A stretch of 56,680 nucleotides of DNA, the filler included, from Sphacelaria rigidula (taxonomy: Eukaryota): NCBI GenBank assembly GCA_964200075.2. It is 6 parts of 6 records of this genome, joined end to end, with 100 filler letters (N's around TTAATTAATTAA, not from the genome) between each part and the next. Parts side by side here need not be neighbours in the genome. Positions count along the whole stretch, not along the records: positions 47,319 to 56,680 come from CAXNAA020008674.1; 5 more parts are not named here. One strand, 5' to 3'. Below, piece after piece: positions 50,151-56,680 of the stretch. The notes beneath the pieces are model-generated. The model was not told where the DNA came from. It ran no database searches and worked only from the letters and a program-made list of their open reading frames with translations. How positions within the stretch are numbered: the first letter of the stretch is position 1; each line of letters opens with the position of its first letter. A program made the position numbers and the translations under genes.

Positions 50151-53100
50151 GAATCCCAAGCGTTTTCAGCTTCGAATGGTGTCGCATCACCGGGGTTCGA
50201 CCCCTCAAGTCTGGCCGGTCAGGAGCGTTGGCTCTCTGAACGCCCGGGTGCAATCAAGGACTCGTTTATCGAAGGACTTCGTCGGTCGGGGGCAGCTCCT
50301 TCAGCGGTCGATGTGGCCAACAATGCTTTGGGATGGGAGCTGAACTACGCTGAACAGCTGGGTGCGGGGACATTTGGAGATGTGTTCAAGGTGGTCTACG
50401 CTGGGAGCGAGTACGCGGTTAAGGTTGCCAAAGAGGGAATCCCGCAGGTGAGGAGAACCAATGCATAGAAAGCAAGAGGCCTAGATAGAGACGCGATTGA
50501 CTCCGGTGCACGGGGCGGGCAAACACGTTGGTTCCATTTGTACAGCGTTTGGCTTCATGTTGAGAGGAGACTGTTGATCTCTGGCTATGACATGGAGAAT
50601 ATCAATGACTCGCAGTGAGTATGGTGTACGGCAGACCCATCGTAAACTGTAGATGCGGATGCGAGGTATACATCTTGAGCACATAGATGGCACCACTGCG
50701 GGTGAATGTGACAGTCGATATCAAGACTCGTTGTTCTCGGTCGAACCATTGATTTCTGGTGTAAAAAACGAGCAACAATTTGCACGTCTACTTGGAGGCA
50801 TCGCGCCCTTATCGGATGTTTGCTGAACGTTTCCGGGCCGTAGGTGACACTCGAGAGTACTGCAATAACGGACTGACTACAGCATGATACCACCACGGTA
50901 TACTATATTTTGCCTGTTTGCGACCGGCATGACCGTCAGCTTGCAACCGCGCGTATCCCGTGTTGTCGCGGAAACAAGTGTTGGTGGCCCACAGATCGTC
51001 TGCCGCCCCCTTTGCAAGGAGATACGTTCGTGGTGCATGGCGAAATAAAACGAAAACAGTGCCGTCACTGACTGGATCATTGTATTATGTAGTGTGACGC
51101 GAACGTGTGCTGTCCTCCCCGACTGCTTGTCTTGCTTCGGTCGCCGCAAAATCAGGCCGCGGTGAGTCAGCGCGTCGAGGCCATGGTGCTGAAAAGGTGA
51201 GGAAGATACTGCAGTGGCAAGGTGTTGATCGTCGTCGGTGCAATCCATCTACTGTACTTCATTTCTCACTGCATTCGCGAGGTGTGCTCTTGTAAATCTG
51301 CGTGTACTCTACTATCCCCTTTTGCTCATTTTTTCTTTATTTTTCCTCTTGCGTGTTTCCATCTGCTGTATCAGCGTTTGCGATTCCGTTTCGTCTACGA
51401 GCTGGGCCATCGAAGAATTCCTATCGAGAATTCAGCAGTTTTGACCGGCTTAATCATAGCGCTAAGGCTGTTTCATACGACTAGTGTTTCTTGCGCGCAT
51501 TTTCCACTTTTGGGACACTTGACATCACTCTAGGTCCCCAAACAGAACATTTCGCCATCACACGTCTCGGACGTTTTGCATCATCCCACCGAGTGGAGTC
51601 TAGCCCACTCTTCCGATTTGCTTGGCTCCGAGGTTCGAAAATGGCATCTAAACAGAAAATACTGCTGGACGAAAAAACGCCGTGTCTGCTGGTGTTTTCA
51701 CTACAACAGCAAAAACTCTGCAGGCACCGCATTTTTCTGTCCAGTTGATGTTTTGCTCAGATGGCATTTTCGAAACTTCGGAGACAATCGAATGGGAAAC
51801 GTGGGCTAGACTCCTCTTGGTGGGGTGATGTAAAGTACTCAAGACGTGTGATGGCGATCTGTGTGGGGGCCAAAAACCGTGTTGAATGTCCCAAAAGTAG
51901 AAAATACATCCCCCAGAAATACCAGCCGCAAAAAGCGATCCTGGAGCTGATACTTTGAAACGAGATTTATGACTACGGGCTGAAACATTCACACGGTATT
52001 AATGTCATCACGCGGATGTAGCGAAACTAATCAAGAGATATTTGAGAAAAAACGAAAGGCAGAGTGATTTGAACTCTCTGAACAAAAATGTTGTGACTCG
52101 ATGGAAAAAAATCCTGGCTACTTTTGTGGAGAACGTCAAGTTTCGTGTAGAAGGTCCTTGTAATTTTATGACACAAAATTTCTAAACTTGGGCAGGGAAT
52201 TCCACTTCATATGTGGTATCGCTGCAACTGGTGCAAAAGATTCCCCACAGGGCGGAAGGTCATGCGTTCGAATCACGACAGATACTCTTTTTTCAGGAGA
52301 ATCTGGTTCCGAGTTTGAGGTCATATCCTATGTAGTACATTGTTGGTATTTTTCTTTTTGCAGCGGCAACGCGTGTATTAGGAGGTTGGCCTGAAGTTCA
52401 CGGCGATATGCTTACATTGCGCTGAATTGGGAAACTGTTACGTCATTACAGTATTCATCGAAGGAATACGGGTTTCTCGGCTGCTCGAGCTCCTAGAGGA
52501 GTGGCTGACGATTTTATGTGCTGTTTCGTTTTTTGCGCACTTCATCAAAATTTCATGTTCAAAAACGACAGGGCGACCCAAAGCACCGACAAAAATGATG
52601 AAGAATGCATGCTTCGCGCACAGCATGTGGTGCGTCTGGTAGGCCTGGATGATGCTAATCCGCAAATGCCAATTCTGCTGGAATTGGCCCACGGTGACTT
52701 GTGGGACGTCGTGACCGAGAGCGCCAAGTTCGACCTGGCGTTCGACCAGATCTTGAGGTGAGCCATACCTTCGTCGCCATGATCACAGCAGTATGAAGCA
52801 TGCATTCGTTAATGGCATCTGCGCAGACAGGAATCACACACATTTTCGGGAAACGTGTCGGTGCCGACCTATTGTATGTGTCTATGTATGTAGAGTAGTC
52901 GAGGCTGCATCGGCGGCGGTGGTTATCGATCTCACCCCTCACACGCCAATTAAACCAGACGCCCCGCCCCGCAGTTTGCCAAGACACTACCGGTGGTCGG
53001 TTGGTGAAAATAGCTTATCCCTTGTATTACACGCACAGTCATATCCTACCAGTAGCAAGACAAGCGTGTTTCCCATCGGTGAGCACATCGGCAGCTGCTA

Positions 53101-53731
53101 TGATGTCATGTACGTACACGTCCCGGTGGCTCAGTTGGTAACCTCGAAACCCTCTGACGGTAGGGTCGCGGGTTCGAATCTCCGAGCGATCTAGGGTTTT
53201 TCCTTACACAATGCCCAACAATGGAGAGCGACACAAAAATCGACTCGAGGGTCGAGGAGGGAAAGAGACTGCTGAACCCTCTCGCGATAAAAAAGAAAGG
53301 CAAGCACCACAGAAGAAAGGCGGAGAAATGAAACAAATAAAAAAGAAATAACTCCTGCGTTGGCCGTCCTCCTGTGTGACCCCAGCTGGTGCGCCCACAT
53401 ATACCGAAGGGTATAGACCAACGTCCAGAATATATGGTATGGAAACACTGCGAATGCCCTAGCTTGCCGGTCAACTCACTGACAGGGTGGAGTTTCAAAG
53501 CAACGAACACCCTAAACCGCACCACACTGAATATGTCTTCTTGGGAATGATACTTCACGGTGCTACTCTTGTATATGTATGGTAGGATGGCGATCGGGAT
53601 GACCTTGGGAATCGAGTTTATCCACGGCATGGGTGTGGTGCACTGTGACATCAAGCCGTCCAACATCCTGCTCGTACGCAAGCCCAACGGCGAGGTGGTG
53701 CCGAAGATCGCCGACTTCGGAGGCGCGAAGG
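50151..53731 (+). CDS. Ser/Thr protein kinase, partial; exons 50151-50447, 51156-51196, 52624-52757, 53586-53731
   Basis: LGAGTFGDVFKV...YAVKVAK (subdomains I-II), RVEAMVLK (III), HVVRLVG...ILLELAHGDL (IV-V), HCDIKPSNILL...KIADFGG (VIb-VII), all with GT-AG borders. Confidence 0.85.
51495..51910. repeat. about 410-bp palindromic MITE-like element in kinase intron
   Basis: Arms pair about a centre near 51703, e.g. GGAGTCTAGCCCAC / GTGGGCTAGACTCC and CGCCATCACACGTCT / AGACGTGTGATGGCG. Confidence 0.85.
53120..53425 (+). mobile_element. full-length tRNA-derived SINE (family B)
   Basis: A-box TGGCTCAGTTGG, B-box GGTTCGAATCT, purine-rich body, 3' TGTGACCCCAGCTGG. No tRNA acceptor stem. Confidence 0.8.
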
Positions 53732-53882
53732 GTGAGCTATAGTCACTACCAACGAGTTCAAACCGACAGAGTTTTGGAGCGCAACTGTCAGAACAGTGCA
53801 GTTGCTGCGGCTAGGGAAGCCAGCGAGGCGCAAAGAGCAAGAAGGAATGCCATGAAACTATGGTACACCGCACACAGTTTCC

Positions 53883-54142
53883 GTGTGAGGCTGCGGTAGG
53901 GGTGCACGAATATTTTCTGAGATTATAATTGTTAGGAGCCCTTTATCTCATCCAAAACACGACTCATGAAATATGTTCATGAGAGTACGCCAATAATACT
54001 ATTGCGATGTGCTAGGAATATCTCGAATTAAATTGCAAACGGGGATGCCCTGACCCATATTCTTGTGCATCTAGAAACGTTAGGAGCCCCTGAACCAGCC
54101 AAGATTTTGAGCAAAAAGTGCACCCCTACCGTAGCATTGCTC
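53883..54142. mobile_element. Sola2-like MITE copy 3
   Basis: Same body as 1650-1906; perfect TSD TTCC at 53879-53882 and 54143-54146. Confidence 0.85.
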
Positions 54143-54994
54143 TTCCATAGCAAGCCTACATATGCTCTGAAGCTGTCCTCGTTGTGCACGGACTCAACAA
54201 GGGATCGGTGAAGATCAGATTCATTTCTTTTCCCAGTCGCGGAAGAATTCGTAGCTCGTCGGCAGCTTTGATGCGACAGTTGAACCACAGACTATTCCGT
54301 CAATACGCCCCTAACAAACGTCAAAGCTCATTCTCGTACAAACTGGATACAGTATATATATTCATGTCGCACTTTGAACCCCCCCCCCCCCCCCGCGCGC
54401 GCGGAGTGTAAAGTATACGAGGAGGAGCGGGGCGTGCCAGAGGGGGAAATGTGGGTACTAAGCGATCGAAGGCGGCATGAAATCGTTTGATGCACGACTA
54501 GCAGCAGGGAGAAAATTATGGCTATACTAGGAGATATATAGTGGCCACAGACGGTGAAACAAGACGGTGGCGTAACATGTATATAATGTCTCCTTCTTTT
54601 TTACTCACGTGCGTACTCACTTTCGACGGTGGAATCAGACACTTCACATTTATACGAAGAAACCCAACGCATATGGAGTCGAAAACACGTCATCTCCACC
54701 CTTATTGTGGCAGTATTGAGGAATATGGTAGTCATGGAAATCGTTCTCCTCATCTTGGCAGGTGACCGCAAAGGTTGGCGTAGGCGGCTTTAGGCTGACC
54801 TTGTGTCAGGAGTGACCGTCGCAGGTGTCTTGACACGAATGTATATGTTGATTGTTACTTATCCGCTATATACGAAGTATCAAGAATCTTTCTCGAGAGT
54901 TCTTCTGTCGCATGCCTTGTCCATTTAGAACACGTTTCCAACCGCCACATCTATTCATCTGGCGAGTTCTTGAGTGACCTGCTACCACTAGTCA

Positions 54995-56104
54995 GGCCGT
55001 GTCTTATCAAATGTTTTCGTCTCGAAAACGTGCGGTCGAACCGAATTGCTCGCTATACGAGGCCGTATCAGATACGTCCACGGCATTTATGCTCCCAGAA
55101 GGCTTCAAGTCCATTTTATAATTAGTTGCGCGCGACGGGCAGGGTAAAAAAACAGAAAAGCTCAGCTTTTTCGAGCGAAACGAGCGGCGGAATGGACGAA
55201 GGGGCACGCAACTCCTGTGTTGCAGACAACCGTACCAGACACTACGTATCCTTTCACATAATTACGCAAAACCCATGTGGTTCATTCGCAGCTACCTACT
55301 CGACCCTGCTCCTGCGGCATAGATCACGAAGTGAGGCAGTGTCTTATCAAATTGTTCTCGACTCGAAAACGCACGGTGGAATCGAATTTGCTCTTACCTG
55401 ATACATTCACGGCATCCATGTTCTCAACCATCTGAGAAAATAAAGAGCGTGGGCAAATCAGAAACGAGGGAATTCGATTCGACCGCACGTTTTCGACACG
55501 AAAACAATTTGATAAGACACGGCCTGAGCCCAGGGATATACTCCAGGAGTATACCGTAACACTGCGGTGATAGGGGACCGACACCACCACACTTTTGGCA
55601 TGATGTGTTCCCTCTTGTTGGCGAAAAGTTGGGCATCTAATTTTGTGGCGGGGTCTGGTGGCAGGGTCCACCAACTGGGTTACGTGTTGGGGTAGGCGAT
55701 CGAATTGCCAACGCGCTCATGGACAGTACAGAAGCGGTGCAAAGCTGCTCGTATTTCAAAAATCTGCTTCGCGTCCTCCTGTACGCAGAGAGTCAGAAAG
55801 CTGTGCTGTCTGTGTGTCGCGCTGACCACTTCTTTTCCACATCGCGCCCGCATGCTGTGTGAATCAACACACTCAATATAATATCTACACAACAACTGGA
55901 ACAGTACAGGCCGCCACTGTTGTACAGTCTGTACTGTTTGTACTGTACTATATATAAGTAAAGAAGTACCGTTTCACGAATTTCACTTGGACTTTTCGAC
56001 TCAAAGCGTGCAAATTCGCTCGGACCCAAACGTCGCAAAGCGAACTGAATCCGTTCCGCCGCACGAACTCATTTGAGTCAAAGAAAGTTTGATAAGACAC
56101 GGCC
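54995..56104. mobile_element. 1.1-kb PIF/Harbinger-type non-autonomous element
   Basis: TCA|GGCCGTGTCTTATCAAA...TTTGATAAGACACGGCC|TCA. Confidence 0.8.
55335..55524. mobile_element. 190-bp MITE of the same family nested in the 1.1-kb element
   Basis: TGA|GGCAGTGTCTTATCAAA...TTTGATAAGACACGGCC|TGA. Confidence 0.85.
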
Positions 56105-56261
56105 TCAATGTTATATTTCCAGAACAACCTTCACGACACCAGGGGTGTTTCATTTTCTTTTTAAAAGGAACATAACCCCCCAACGTTAAAAGAATCGAGG
56201 CAAAAAAAAAGGAAAAAGGGGGTTCGGCAGGGGGGGTTGGGCGCCGGGCGGCGAGCCTGCG

Positions 56262-56423
56262 CTAGTTACTTGAATTTAGTGTGGCGGTAGACTACTTGAC
56301 TTTAGTGTACTTGTAAACAACTTGATCTTAGTGTAATCATCAACTACTTGAACTTAGTGTAGAATTAGACTGCTTCAGTTTAGTGTACAGTTTGATTATC
56401 ATGAGTGTACAGTTTGATTATCA
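56262..56423. repeat. degenerate about 27-bp minisatellite (ACTACTTGAA(C/T)TTAGTGT)
   Basis: About five diverged units, then a duplicated AGTGTACAGTTTGATTATCAT. Confidence 0.7.
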
Positions 56424-56680
56424 TACCGTTGTCGACTTCGTTTGCCATATTCGAAAGTGACCGCGGGTCAGACAAGTTTTAGCCTGGGTGCAACATCGCA
56501 ACCTTTCAAGGCGGTCAGCCCAGGAAGACTGTCACACAAATGTCGAGAACATGCTTGCTGCTTGCGCCTCATAACATGAAAAAGAGTGCAAGATGGGTTG
56601 CGAGTGGGTGGCACGGATTACCAGCAGAAGAGATCGAATGCGTCCGTCGAAAGCGACCTGGGTCAACGGAATATTTCCCA

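Noticed and set aside
53120..53195. tRNA genes (also 34265-34340, 30285-30360, 2035-2095)
   Set aside because: A/B boxes are present but there is no closing acceptor stem or proper anticodon arm. Those at 53120 and 34340 continue into multi-copy SINE bodies.
1..56680. Fanzor/TnpB, Cas or other RNA-guided nuclease; intact autonomous transposon
   Set aside because: No RuvC/HNH motifs and no intact transposase or RT ORF could be seen in the ORF track or by manual reading.

Overview
Eukaryotic, intron-rich, repeat-dense DNA of about 50% GC. The gene and repeat style is that of a brown alga (Phaeophyceae); this is inferred, not proven. The window is not one locus. It is six contigs of 9365, 9364, 9363, 9363, 9363 and 9362 bp joined by identical 100-bp N44-TTAATTAATTAA-N44 linkers, so no linkage across gaps can be assumed. 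Host gene pieces recognised: a spliced U-box E3-ligase-like gene (contig 2, minus), a large coiled-coil/disordered protein gene (contig 3, minus), one isolated 72-nt LRR exon (contig 4, minus) and a spliced Ser/Thr protein kinase (contig 6, plus). The rest is mobile DNA: Gypsy RT and LINE relics, tRNA-derived SINEs, and MITEs with Sola2-, PIF/Harbinger-, hAT- and piggyBac-type signatures. There is also a probable decayed hAT transposase and a decayed KDZ-type transposase with an upstream Ulp1-like peptidase. Best leads: the KDZ+Ulp1 relic, a GTGACCACGG...TGTGA 3' module shared by several unrelated retroposon bodies, and a LINE/non-autonomous partner pair that ends in and appears to target poly(C) tracts. 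All family assignments come from manual motif reading; no database searches were run.
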